NCBI RefSeq assembly: GCF_006345805.1
Contig: NC_043003.1
Span: forward strand, 115,320,001 to 115,384,000
Direction: 5' to 3'
DNA: 64,000 nt
DNA from: Octopus sinensis
Taxonomy: Eukaryota
Under the pieces are notes generated by a model. It ran no database searches, was not told the origin of the DNA, and was given only the letters and a program-made list of their open reading frames with translations. The number at the start of each line of letters is the position of its first letter. Positions within the stretch are counted from its first letter, which is position 1. Below are positions 11,687 through 24,160 of the stretch, one piece after another. The position numbers and the translations under genes were made by a program.

Positions 11687-12892
11687 ATGGCAACAAAAGA
11701 AACCACTGCTTTGGAATGGGAGGTTGTCCCACCCAAGCAGTGGATTGAAAGTCTTGAGAAGAGGACGGTGGTCCTACGAACCTATTCTAGGTCGCGTGGA
11801 GCTATCGCCCTCTTCGACAGGAGCACCATAGAGAAAGAGTTGGGGGACCACCTACCAACGATAAAGTTTATTTCTCGGGGGAGTAAATTTGCAACGGTGT
11901 GGTTGCTGTTTGGTACCCCCGAGGAAGCTAGCAGATTTGCTAGCGAGCCACTGGAGGGAGAGGAAATTTTGTTCCTCCCCTCGTATTGTGGCAGAAAAGT
12001 AAAAAGAGCCTGGGTTTGTGGGATGCCCCCGGGCACGGAGGCGGAATGGATCGAGAACACCATCCGGCGAGGCCTGGGGGATAGCGGACCCAGGCTACTG
12101 AGTGTGAAAATGGCTCCCGCGGTCGCCTGGGAGGGGTCAAAGGCAACTTTGACCCTGTGGACACCGGTGGCCGTGGGAAAAATGAAATTCCCGGACTTCC
12201 TGAGAATGGCTGGGCACAGGTATCCGGTGATACTCGAGGGACGCCCCCTCCCCAAGTGTCACCTGTGCCTGAAGCCCGGACATATCAAGAGGAATTGTCC
12301 CGGGGGCCGTGGTGGTGCCCCGGAGCATGAAGGGGAAAAGGCGCCCGCCGCCCCCTCATTGGAGGGGGAGACGGTGGAAGTCGTGGAGGAGGTTGCCTCC
12401 ACGAAAAGAAAGAGACAGGCGAGCAACAATGGCTGCTCGCCAAAGAACGCTCAGGTGGCGGAGGGGGATAGCGATCCCCCGTATCTGGTGACGGAGTCCC
12501 CTGGGTCAGCAGTCTCCCCCAAAAGAAGGAGGAGAAAAAGAAAGAAAGGTCGGGCGGCTGATATCCATGAGCCGCAGACGTTGGCGGGAACTGTGCCGCC
12601 AACGAAAGAACTGAACGTATTGGTCCTCTTCTATAGAGGAGGAGAAATTGAAAAAAAAATGATGGAAGAGTACCACAAGGGAGCTCCTTTAGCCTTCACA
12701 CAGGACCCCGAATGGCCTCCGCAGATAGCTGTGGAGGCCGTGGCGTTCGACGTGACGCTTGGGCTAAAGGAGCTCAGTGAAGATTATAGCTTGGTCCCGG
12801 GCGACGCGAACTCGGAACTTGATTACGTTCTGAGGGAGGCGTGGTTGATGGTGGAGGGCGCGGGCACAAGCTATTTCGAGGACGATATGTAA
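11687..12892 (+). CDS. LINE ORF1/gag-like nucleic-acid-binding protein, 401 aa, with a CCHC zinc knuckle
   Basis: Uninterrupted GC-rich ORF with a good ATG context (aaaatcATGG). C-X2-C-X4-H-X4-C (CHLCLKPGHIKRNC) is preceded by FP..L...G....V.LEGRP as in Tx1-type ORF1. Basic stretch PKRRRRKRKK. An RRM-like N-terminal half is inferred. Confidence 0.85.
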   Translation: MATKETTALEWEVVPPKQWIESLEKRTVVLRTYSRSRGAIALFDRSTIEKELGDHLPTIKFISRGSKFATVWLLFGTPEEASRFASEPLEGEEILFLPSYCGRKVKRAWVCGMPPGTEAEWIENTIRRGLGDSGPRLLSVKMAPAVAWEGSKATLTLWTPVAVGKMKFPDFLRMAGHRYPVILEGRPLPKCHLCLKPGHIKRNCPGGRGGAPEHEGEKAPAAPSLEGETVEVVEEVASTKRKRQASNNGCSPKNAQVAEGDSDPPYLVTESPGSAVSPKRRRRKRKKGRAADIHEPQTLAGTVPPTKELNVLVLFYRGGEIEKKMMEEYHKGAPLAFTQDPEWPPQIAVEAVAFDVTLGLKELSEDYSLVPGDANSELDYVLREAWLMVEGAGTSYFEDDM

Positions 12893-12907
12893 TTATTGAA
12901 CTGTTAG

Positions 12908-13252
12908 TATTAATAATGGACTGCTAAGTCCAAAAATTGGAAAATTGAAAGAGGTTTAATACCTCGTTTTGCATTTTTATTAATAATGGACTGCTAAGTC
13001 CAAAAATTGGAAAATTGAAAGAGGTTTAATACCTCGTTTTGCATTTTTATTAATAATGGACTGCTAAGTCCAAAAATTGGAAAATTGAAAGAGGTTTAAT
13101 ACCTCGTTTTGCATTTTTATTAATAATGGACTGCTAAGTCCAAAAATTGGAAAATTGAAAGAGGTTTAATACCTCGTTTTGCATTTTTATTAATAATGGA
13201 CTGCTAAGTCCAAAAATTGGAAAAATTGTAAGAGGTTTAATACCTCGTTTTG
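12908..13252 (+). repeat. 70-bp tandem repeat x5 in the element 3' UTR
   Basis: taataatgga recurs at 12911, 12981, 13051, 13121 and 13191; four copies look identical and the fifth is slightly diverged. Confidence 0.97.
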
Positions 13253-13426
13253 TGTTTATCTTTAAAAAGAACAATGTTTTAGAGAAGCGAAAGTCGGCGG
13301 GCGCTTTTTGTCTTCTCCCATCCTTATCATCTGTCTTTCATTATCATTCACTTCATTAATGTCCTCGTCCAGCCCGCAAAGCTAACTTAATCTGTGTACT
13401 GCCTTTATGGCAAATGTTTTGAAATA

Positions 13427-13805
13427 AAGTAGCTTGTTTACCAACCACATGGTTCCGGGTTCAGTCCCACTGCGTGGCACCTTGGGCAAGTGTCTTCTAC
13501 TATAGCCTCAGGCCAACCAAAGCCTTGTGAGTGGATTTGGTAGACGGAAACTGAAAGAAGCCCGTCGTATATATGTATATATATGAGTGTGTGTTTGTGT
13601 GTCTGTGTTTGTCCTCCTAGCATTGCTTGACAACCGATGCTGGTGTGTTTATGTCCCCGCTACTTAGTGGTTCGGCAAAAGAGACCGATAGAATAAGTAC
13701 TGGGCTTACAAAAGCATAAGTCCCGGGGTCGATTTGCTCGACTAAAGGCGGTGCTCCAGCATGGCCGCAGTCAGATGACTGAAACAAATAAAGGAATAAA
13801 AGAAT
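13427..13805 (+). mobile_element. Remainder of the split SINE family A copy
   Basis: B box GGTTCAGTCCC, body, internal microsatellite and tail ccgcagtcagatgactgaaaca, as in other copies. Confidence 0.9.
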
Positions 13806-14042
13806 ATATATGTGAGTATACACGACGACTATGTGTATATATACCACATATACATACACGTCTAATTCATTTTGAGGGTGTGATGGAAGGTACACATGTT
13901 CAAATCGATTCTGAGCATGATAATACTTTACACGTTTGAATATTTGATCTCTGAAATTAGATATTGAATCTTCTTTGGCCACTTTCGGTCATAGCTGACC
14001 ATGGGTAGTGAATATAATGTGATTTTAAGGGTATTCTTTTTA

Positions 14043-14128
14043 CTTCAGACACAAGACCCAAAATTTGTGGGGAAAGAGCCAGTCAATTAGATCGACCAAA
14101 GTACGAAACTGGTACTTAATTTATCGAT
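14043..14128 (-). mobile_element. SINE family B 3' fragment, tail type 2
   Basis: gtacgaaactggtacttaatttatcga is shared with other B copies. Confidence 0.7.
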
Positions 14129-15959
14129 TTTAAGGATATTAATAAATGATTTGAGAAATATGTGTGTGCTTTTTGTACAGCATCCTTTGACTATTTCAGA
14201 GGCAACTTTATAAAACATACTGTATGAATTAGCGCGGTGATAGCTCTTCAGACGATTCGTTGAGGCTATAATCACTTCTCATGCATATGAGACGTTTAAA
14301 TTTCACAAGAAACAGGAGATTTAATACACTACTTGAATATGTTATCTGCATCCGTCTATTGCTCTCATACACACATAGTAAAACATTACACACACACACA
14401 CACACATATGTATGCGGACACATATCGAAACACACACATGAACATAGAGAAATGTGGAAGGAAGCAAACAAAAACACAAATAAACATAGTTATATATTTT
14501 CTTTGATGAATTAGAAAGAACATTATCATTTGATTTGTGTAAATTAATCACATGATGTTTGGGATAATTCTTAATAAACAAAATACGTAATCAATAACTC
14601 GCAGAAATCAGATTACAGATATAGCATTTTGTTGTTCAGCAGCCATTGTTCTTCGTTTTATTTTGTTTTGTTTTTTTCTATTGCCGATTTTGTTGTTGTT
14701 ATTGCCTTTGTTTTTGTTGTCATAGCCGTTATTTTTTCGTTCTTTCATCTTAAGCACACGGCAGCTGAATTTATGAGTGACTGATATCCGTTGTTTTATC
14801 ATTTAATTACCATTCTATCCAACACAACCAATGAAATGGTCGATTTCCTCGCATATAGTTACAGTTGATTTCTAATTATATGTTGTTCTTGAACTTCAGT
14901 GGAAACTTGGGCAAATAAAAGAGGCAGACGAGATATCAGCACAGTATGTCTGTTAATGCTTCTATGAAAATTAATATCCCACAATTCGATAAAGAATTAG
15001 TCTGAAGCTCAGTGATTCGAAAACATCTGTCTTAAATATTAATGATACGGGTTCGAGCCTCAGGAAATTATTAAGATTATATATAAGGAATACAAAAAAA
15101 AAGACATGTGGTTGTAGAATGGCTCATCATCCCAAATTAACAGTAGTGTATACCTGATGTGGAGAGGCTTCCGTCTCGGCAATTATATTTCTAATAATCA
15201 TTTTATTAAAACTGACTCATTTGCATTACATCACAACTACACCACATATATACATGTGTATATATGTGTAAGTGTATATACATACATAAATATATATATA
15301 TGTAAGAGTGTGTGTGTGTGTGTCTGTGTGTGCATATATGCGTGTATCTGAAGCTTACATATACAAGGCAAAATCATTACTTTCTCATCCTTGAAGTTGC
15401 GTTTCAGTCAAGATTTACGAAAATATTTCCAACATTCATTCGATTAAATCTTTTTCCGGTTTGCACACTTAACATGTTTAGCTTGAGGGTACGTTCTGTA
15501 TTATAACATTTAATAAACGTTTTCTCAAATAATGGGCATAAGATTGGCAGAAGGAGTAAAGATGGAGACGTAACTGGATTTGTGTAGTTCTCGTCCTGAT
15601 CATTCTTGATTCCTGTAATTTCATTGTCTATTTTAAGTTTCCTTATTCTAGTTTTAATATGGAAATGCTTATGTCAAATACAGGGTGATATTTACAATCA
15701 TGTGCATCTCACACAATATCTGATCTCTTTCTCTCGTTCCCGCTCACTTTTCTGCATGTGTATAAATATATATGTGTGTGTATATATCTCCCTCTCTCTA
15801 TATATACATATGTGTGTGTATGTATGTACATGTAACTGAATGTTTCCATGTATGCATGTGTATATATATACACGCACATACACACGCGAGCGCACGAACA
15901 CACACATAAATATACATCTATATCTATACCTGTCCTGTCTCTCCATCTATCTATCAATC

Positions 15960-16002
<43 letters not shown>

Positions 16003-16027
16003 GTAGATAGATAGATAGATAGATAGG

Positions 16028-16120
<93 letters not shown>

Positions 16121-16135
16121 GGATGGATGGATAGA
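15960..16135. repeat. (AGAT)n microsatellite
   Basis: Directly visible. Confidence 0.95.
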
Positions 16136-16460
16136 TGCGTGGCACCTTTGGCAAGTGTCTTCTACTTTAGCCGCGGGCCGACCAAAGCCTTGTGAGTGGA
16201 TTTGGTGGAAGTAATCTGAAAGAAGCCCGTCTTATATTCATGTGTGTATGTGTGTCTATGTGTCTGTGTTTGTTACCCACAGATCACTTGACAACCGATG
16301 TAGGTACGTTTACGTCCCCGTAACTTAGTGGTTCGGCAAAAAAGACCAATAGAATAACTACTATTCTTACAAAGAATAAGCTCTGGAACGGATTTGCTCG
16401 ACTAAAGGCGCTGTTCCTGCATGGCCGAAGTCAAATGACTGAAACACATAAAAGAATAAT
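16136..16460 (+). mobile_element. SINE family A, 5'-truncated
   Basis: Starts at tgcgtggcacc and follows the family body and tail. Confidence 0.9.
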
Positions 16461-16472
16461 TAATTAAAGCAT

Positions 16473-16561
<89 letters not shown>

Positions 16562-16629
16562 CAAGTGGAGTTGTGGGGTACACATATTATGGGGTATATA
16601 TATACAGCATCAGAACGAGAGAGAGAAAA

Positions 16630-16660
16630 CGGGTTTCTGCAGATTTTTCCATCATCAGAA
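16630..16660 (-). ncRNA. Partial hammerhead-like core
   Basis: Minus strand: CTGATGA-tgga-aaaatc-tgca-GAAAC-cc-GTT; stem I is not evident. Confidence 0.4.
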
Positions 16661-16687
16661 TGTAACTAACAAGTCCTTGTAATCAAG

Positions 16688-16896
16688 CAGAAGAAGAAAG
16701 AGGAGGAGGAGGAGGAGGAGAACAAGAAGAAGGAGGAGAAGAACAAGAAGAATAGGAGGAGGAGAAGAAGAATAAGAATGATAATAATAATAATAATAAT
16801 AATAATAAGAAGAAGAAGAAGAAGAAGAAGAAAAACAATATGAAGAAGAAGAAGAAGAAGAAGAAAAACATGTAGTAGAAGAAGAAGAAGAAGAAG

Positions 16897-16926
<30 letters not shown>
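16688..16926. repeat. (AAG)n/(GAG)n/(AAT)n compound microsatellite
   Basis: Directly visible. Confidence 0.95.
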
Positions 16927-16928
<2 letters not shown>

Positions 16929-17658
16929 TGACTACAAGGAGAGAAAATAAAAACAGAAATAGAAAGAATTAACGCTTAAGTTGACAGAAGATTTGACAAC
17001 AGATGCAAAACGTTCCGTTTTCCCACATTCCATTGCATTGTAGTCATTTCTGTTTTCATGAAGAAAGAAATATGTACAGGAAAATAAGGGGGAAACGCGG
17101 AAGTCACCAATCGACGGAAAGCAAAAGTGTCAGTCTTCATCCATCGGTGTTTTTGTTTTCTGGGTTTTTTTTTTTTTTTTCAGAATCGGACGGACAGTTA
17201 GGTGTAAGATAGCAGAGGCTTACAATCGAACTTTGAGAAATGGTAATTCATTACGTTTTGTTGGCATAAGAATACCGATAAGATATTCATTTCACAGGAA
17301 AGACACACAATAAACATTTTCTTAATTCTTTACGATTCGGAAACCTACACGGACAAAAACGGAAATGGATACGCAATCGAAAAACAGGAATGGGAAGAGG
17401 GATCACGTGATAGAAACAAAAATCACCGTAAACGCCACACAGTATGTCACCTCAGGGGGATAAGTAGAAGTTGTCGATGAAGTGTGGGTATATTTTAATC
17501 TTCAACCGACATTTAAGGAAACAAAAATGATAAAATAACAAATACATTGACGTACAAATGAATGACAATGAGAATATCGGATTTGTTGATTGTGCGCCAT
17601 GCATTGCTATATAGATTTTCTGTTCATCTACTCCTTCACTCTCTCTTTCTCTCTCTCT

Positions 17659-17696
<38 letters not shown>

Positions 17697-17699
<3 letters not shown>

Positions 17700-17854
17700 A
17701 GTGGTTGTGTGGTAAGTAGATTGTTTACCAACCACATAGTCCCGGGTTCAGATCCCACTGCGTGGCACCTTGGGCAAGTGTCTTCTACTATAGCCTCGGG
17801 CCGACCACAGCCATGTGAGTGGATTTGGTAGACGGAAACTGAAAGAAGCCCATC

Positions 17855-17929
<75 letters not shown>

Positions 17930-18149
17930 GCGTGTGTGTGTTTGTGTGTCTGTGTTTGTCCCCCTATCATTGCTTGACAACTGATGCTGGTGTGTTTATG
18001 TCTCCGTTACTTTGCGGTTCGGCAAAAGAGACCGATAGAATAAGTACTGGGCTTACAAAGAATAAGTCCCGGGGTCGATTTGCTCGACAAAAGGCGGTGC
18101 TCCGGCATGGCCGCAGTCAGATGACTGAAAGAAGTACAATTGTAAAAGA

Positions 18150-18150
<1 letters not shown>
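17697..18150 (+). mobile_element. SINE family A, full length
   Basis: A box TGGTTGTGTGG, B box GGTTCAGATCCC, expanded internal (TA)n; flanked by TA tracts. Confidence 0.92.
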
Positions 18151-18193
<43 letters not shown>

Positions 18194-18925
18194 TACATAT
18201 GTGGGAAATTCTCTGTGGGTGTGTTTGTGGAGTTGTTACCTAACTCCTCCTACATCCTTTTATCGATTTTGATGAAACATGAGACGTGAGTAGAACGCAT
18301 GTCTGGAAACCACATGGCATACACAAATTGTTGAAAAAATCGATAATAGGGCCTATGCAAGGGAACTTTATATATATCTAATATATGTTATTTTCAAAGT
18401 CATTTGCCCATGGAAGTGATCTTTATATATCCAAGGGAAATAACCCATTCATTTTCCTAAATTATTTGGTAAAAATGGAATTGAAGATGCTTATTTCTTA
18501 GTATTTGAACTGTTAGAGTTGTTTTCGCAATTTATCAGGTACAATTTATCCTGTGAGTAGTATTTCCCTAAACAATAGAACCTCTTATTTCGGTTAGTGA
18601 ATTATTCACGAATATACCAACACTAGCGCGCCTGAGGGTAATATTCACTGGGAACGCACCGAAACCCTTTTCAGTATTATTTGAATTGAATTGTTAGTAT
18701 CTCATATCTGATTAACCTGTTATTACGTACACTTGCTTCACAATTTTAATATACACACCTTATTAGTATTTCCTCTTATGTTCCATATAATCTGGGAACT
18801 CATTACAGACCATTTCATGGTTACTTCTTTTGAATTCTTACTATCCGGGTAGTCATGATGGCTATACTGGGCTTCGTATATTTTACCCCAGTTTCACTTT
18901 GATGGCATGCACTGTTCTCTCACTC

Positions 18926-18965
<40 letters not shown>

Positions 18966-19439
18966 TTAATAATAATAATAATAATAACCACAATAACATC
19001 AACAGCAACAATGTCATATATGTGCATGTGATAATCTTGGTAGATATCTCGCAGGTTCTCTCACATATACAGCAGCAGTTTCTCATTTCTAACGCCATCT
19101 CTAATAAGCAGCACAAGCATTCACAGACCGCATCTCCAGCCACAGCACAAAGGATTATATGTCTAAATCACATCACATTACTTTTGCATAAACACAGGTC
19201 ATTTGGCATAATTTATTTTATAAGTGTCTTCAGATGCTCACACATATCATTAATGTACATGAACATTTTCTGGATCAATGTGCAATTCCTGCTTATAGTT
19301 ATTTAGCATTAGACAGCTACATATAAGAACTTGAACGTCTGGAAAGTGGTATTAATCGTTTTGAACAGGAGGAACCGGCTAATTTTTCAAGTGCGGCAAG
19401 TTCTTGAGCAGAATATGAGATTTTGTTGGTACATATTTC

Positions 19440-19858
19440 GGATCTTTTCGGTTTGAAAGGCAGTTGTTTCTAGCATTATCATATGAAATTGTCACCCATT
19501 ATTATGACCCTAGAATCGACCTATTGTATTTCAATCTCTTTTAGGGTTAGGGTTAATTAGGGTTAGTTAAGATTACGGTTAGGCGTGGGGGAATGGTATA
19601 TTTTTTCTTCACAAATATAACCCAAACTGTTTCTTAAACGAGGGACATATTCATACGGCACAGAATGCTTTTTAACTCAATAGATGTCACTGATTGGTTG
19701 AAATTGCAGAAATTAAAAGAAAAAAAAACGACAAATATCTTACAAACTATAGAATTTTCTCAATAAACCCAAGAGAAAAATATGTTTTATAAACACATTC
19801 TACCAGTAAAGTTACCCAGAAATTATGTTAAAAACTGTCATCCAAACCGAAAAGATCG
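19440..19858 (+). mobile_element. MITE copy 1 (TIR GGATCTTTTCGGTTTGAACGGCAGTTTT, internal TTAGGG repeats)
   Basis: TIRs at both ends; degenerate 8-bp TSD catatttc/caaacttc. Confidence 0.9.
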
Positions 19859-20834
19859 CAAACTTCTCAAAAATATAACAAACCAAATCTTCAAAGAATT
19901 TCCTTGTTTTTAACTTTTCTTTGTGGTTTGTCATCCTGAATTTTGAACTTTAATTCAATCGATGTTAAGCACTGAAAATTATGCTTGGTATTGAAGGCTA
20001 TAGTTTTGCTTTCAGTATATGTATTGTAGTTTATATGTTAATAGGGCTGTGAGGAACAGCACACTCTTCCAATTGAAAGAAAATAAAATAAGCTTATTAG
20101 AATAGTAGTTTCTGAAAGCAGCGTCAGAAGCTTACTGTGGAATGTTAAATATATAACAACGTAGGGATTTAAAATATAGAAAACGGATACTCTTCGGCCT
20201 CATATTCATATAATATTCATAGATTTTTAAACATAAATATGAAGAGACGAACGACGGATAATATATCATATCTTTCTTTATTTTTGCAATTTTTTTAAAG
20301 CAGCTGTTTATAAAGATAGCTATAAAAAAAGCTCACCATACAATTTTTTAATAATTTATTTTCCAGAAAAGCGCACAAAAAATTTCATCATGAAGTCCAA
20401 AAGAATAAATTCTAGAGAATTTGACACTGAATCTGTAAATGTAGAATATGTATCACAAAGTAAAAATGAGATAATCTTGAAAAAAAAGGATTTAGACACA
20501 TAATTCTATCTGATCAGGAATTAGGTATTTAAAAGAATTATAACGAAATTATTCAATTTAGTGTTCTTCTGCACTATTTGTAAATGTCTTGATACGTTAC
20601 GATGGTCAAAATAATGAACGTTTTTTTTTTTTTATTTTTAAGTTCCACTTGACAGGCACCGAACCGGAGGCGAACAACAAGAAAGAAAATGACTGAGCTG
20701 TGAGAAATTACACTGCGATGTATTTTAAATACAAGCGGTGAACAAATGGACGATTATCAAATAATCAGTATGTACAGAGATATTAGTATGAATACAGGTA
20801 TAACGTCTTTGAAATACGTTCATAGAGACACACG

Positions 20835-21266
20835 GTATCTTTTCGGTTTGAACGGCAGTTTTTAACATAATTTCTAGGTAACTAAAAAATTTAAAACTTC
20901 GTATATTGTTAGAATGTTTTTATAAAACATATTTTTCTCTTGGCTTTATTGAGAAAATTCTATAGTTTGTAAGATATTTGATGTTTTTTTCTTCAATTTC
21001 TGCAATTTCAACCAATCACTGCCGTCTATTGAGGTAAAAAAAACATTCTGTGCCGTATGAATATGTCCCTCGTTTAAGAAACAGATTTGGTTTATTTACA
21101 TTTGAGAAGAAACAATATACCCTTCCCCCACCCCTAACCCTAACCCTAAATAACCCTAACACTAAAACAGATTGAAATGCAATAGATCGATACTAGGGTC
21201 ATAATTATGGGTGACAATTTCATTTGACAACGCTAGAAAAAATTGCCGTTCAAACCGAAAAGATCC
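20835..21266 (-). mobile_element. MITE copy 2
   Basis: TIRs; TSD gacacacg/gacactcg; ccctaa repeats. Confidence 0.92.
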
Positions 21267-21570
21267 GACACTCGTGCACACAAACATTTTCACTTACATA
21301 CATACACTGAAAGAGAGTTCCAATCCTTTTGAATGGAACAACACGTCGAAGGGCGTCGTTGAACCAAAATGCCGTTATCTCAGAGAGTTCTGAGACAAAA
21401 GATACCAAACAGTGACAGGATTTATGACTAGTGAAGCTAATATATACGCGCGCGGTGCTTGTGTGTATATTTATATAGAGTCGGAATTTACAAAAAAAAA
21501 AGGAGACGAAGGCAAGTGTGTAAACAACAAACAGATGTATTAATTTAACGTTCGGGAAGGTGAGAAAGTA

Positions 21571-21601
21571 CTTTATGTTTCGAGCCTACGCTCGTCAACA
21601 G
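21571..21601 (-). ncRNA. Variant hammerhead-like core in a short repeat
   Basis: Minus strand: ctgttgac-gagc-gtag-gctc-GAAAC; the core deviates from CTGANGA. Confidence 0.35.
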
Positions 21602-22369
21602 AAAAAAACACGTGAAAATAAACAGAGAGAATAAAAAGAAAGCTTTAGTAGGTAACGGTCAATCATATACATAGTTACATAACTGATATGCTGAAACACG
21701 CATGTATGTATGTATGTATGTATGTATGTATGTATGTATGTATGTATGTATGTATATGCCTGCAATATATAACTATAGGTGCGTATGCTTATCATGTTTT
21801 AAATTAACAATGCCCTTAATAGAATTGTACATACATACTTTTACTAATTATTATGTTCACATATACCCCTGATTAGATTACGATGCACGGGTTAACTATC
21901 GACTTGTAAAATCCTAAAATATATCTCACTAACTCATACATTTCATAATCAGAATAGATTGGGAGAATAATTTCAGGAATTTAATATCCAGCAAGATGAC
22001 ATGCGGGGACTTAAAATATGGACAATTTTTTTAACGAGTCACAGCTGACAATGATAGAAATATAGGTGGCTTTTTTCTTTGTATTGAAAATAGTTATGCA
22101 TGAAGCAATGTACAAATAAAATGAAGACAAAAAAACAAAGATATATAACGACGAGTAAAACGTCCCCTGTCCAATGGATGGTGCTGAGTTGTCAAACATT
22201 TATACCAAATTTTCTCAAAACAACTTGCCCGATTGTCCCATAGGCCTCCCTTTTGAAAAACACTGATTTAACATAAATTTGAGACACCAGCAAAAGAAGA
22301 AATAAAGATAGACTTTTTTTATTCCAAAGAAAAACAAACTGTATTCACTTTATCGATCGCATTCTCACC

Positions 22370-22519
22370 TGGAATCGATTTATGTAATTTTTTCAAGACT
22401 TATACCCGCCCTGATACCGTCGGTATCTACATATCAAATTTGAGCGCAATCGGATGGAGAATGCCCGCGATCCTACAAGACACACACGCAGACAGACAGA
22501 ACGGATTTTATATAATAGA
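22370..22519 (-). mobile_element. Helitron-like non-autonomous 5' fragment
   Basis: Minus strand begins a|TCTATTATATAAAA...tctgtctgtctgcgtgtgtg, like the 5' end of the Helitrons at 27622. Confidence 0.5.
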
Positions 22520-22842
22520 TATTCAGTTAAAGTTGCTTGGGCACTGAAAGGATGTAATAAACGAGATTTTGAAAGTAAGTCAGTGGTGCACAATGAGCAA
22601 GGGAGAGATTGACTTAAATTATTAACTGGTCAGGACAAAAACAAAAATAGCGGAATGGAAATGACTCATTGCACCTACATATCTGGGATTGTTGAAGTTA
22701 TAATCTGAAAATAATGTCAATTTCGTGAAAGTTTCAGATAATTAAATGGAGGTAATTACATCAAAGATAATTATATAATTTTGTTTCATTCAAAATAATT
22801 ACTCGGTCGGATCAGAGGTGAATATATATATATAGAAATTGT

Positions 22843-22843
22843 C

Positions 22844-22887
<44 letters not shown>

Positions 22888-22888
22888 C

Positions 22889-22958
<70 letters not shown>

Positions 22959-22998
22959 CATCTCTCCATCTATTTATCTATCTATCTATCTATCCATC

Positions 22999-23036
<38 letters not shown>

Positions 23037-23083
23037 ATGCAAGTATATTTATATATCTGCATGTATACGTGTATCTGTAAATG

Positions 23084-23134
<51 letters not shown>

Positions 23135-23135
23135 C
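22843..23135. repeat. (ATCT)n and (TA)n microsatellites
   Basis: Directly visible. Confidence 0.95.
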
Positions 23136-23604
23136 ATGTACTTACAGACACATACGCAGACGCGCATATATGTATCAGTTTAATAGAAACATGGGTGTCA
23201 CTTTAATGTTTTAAATGCATTCTTCATATCTATTTATATGTTGCAATGCCTTCAACTGATATATTTACTTATTTAGACTGTTATAAATTGCGCACGCTGA
23301 CACGCACACGAAGCCAGGCATACATGGTATACAAAACTCATAAATATACATGTATATATATGCGTTTGTGTGTATGTGTGTGTGCATGAGTGAGTGTGCG
23401 TGTGTTTGTGCATGTGTATGTATGAAGACGAGGTCCAAATCTATAGTAACAAGAACCATACCCCACGAAGTACAGACCAGATAACATCTATAAGGTAACA
23501 ACATGAAAATTACGGCTTATGTTCAATTTGCTGGTCTAAATCGTCTGTGAAATGGAAAAAAAACCAAGTGCCATCAAGTAAGATTCTCGCATAATTTTTT
23601 ACCT

Positions 23605-23790
23605 TTAACTTGTATTAGTCATTACAATGCGGCCATGCTGGGTCACCGCCTTAAATAACATTAGTGAAACAGTGTTTAGTGTTTAATCTTGGTAGGTATT
23701 CTATTGGAGTTCTCTTGTTGAACCGCTAATTTACCAGGACATAAACACTACAACACCGGTTTGCAAGAGTTAGTGAGACAAACGCACACA
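23605..23790 (-). mobile_element. Old SINE family A-related 3' fragment
   Basis: tgcggccatgctgg..caccgcc, gaaccgctaa and acaccggtt match the reverse complement of the family A tail. Confidence 0.6.
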
Positions 23791-23851
23791 CTCACATCTG
23801 GAGCAATTTAACTGGTCCATCCGTCAGCGCCCCACTACTCAGTTAAACAGC

Positions 23852-23870
23852 ATAATAATAATTAATAATA

Positions 23871-23908
<38 letters not shown>

Positions 23909-23916
23909 AACAATAA

Positions 23917-23968
<52 letters not shown>

Positions 23969-24021
23969 TAACAACTACAACAATAACAATAATAATAATA
24001 ATGATAATGATAATAATAATA

Positions 24022-24052
<31 letters not shown>

Positions 24053-24069
24053 CAACGATGGTGATGATG

Positions 24070-24147
<78 letters not shown>

Positions 24148-24160
24148 TTGATGATGATGA
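23852..24160. repeat. (AAT)n/(ATG)n microsatellite
   Basis: Directly visible. Confidence 0.95.

Larger units (their letters stand above)
11143..13426 (+). mobile_element. Non-autonomous ORF1-only non-LTR retroelement (Tx1/L1-related)
   Basis: Imperfect TSD aagtagcttcttacca (11127-11142) / aagtagcttgtttacca (13427-13443); a single ORF; no RT or EN; ends in a hairpin plus AATAAA. Confidence 0.8.

Noticed and set aside
11782-12602. Antisense and alternate-frame ORFs overlapping the 401-aa ORF
   Set aside because: Expected shadows of a GC-rich coding sequence; no motifs.
11687-12892. Domesticated host gene (ZCCHC3-like) or LTR gag
   Set aside because: It lies in a TSD-bounded insertion splitting a SINE and has a LINE-like tail, with no LTRs, PBS or PPT evident.
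12908-13252. CRISPR-like array
   Set aside because: Units are contiguous and identical with no unique spacers; there are no cas genes and the context is eukaryotic.
13280-13385. Ribozyme in the ORF1-only element 3' UTR (gcgggc/gcccgc pairing, CGAAA)
   Set aside because: No CTGANGA core or HDV-like nested pseudoknot could be assembled by eye.
14225-14255. Extra hammerhead candidates (also CTGANGA near 25005, 45156 and 57214)
   Set aside because: They lack a correctly placed GAAA or convincing stems.
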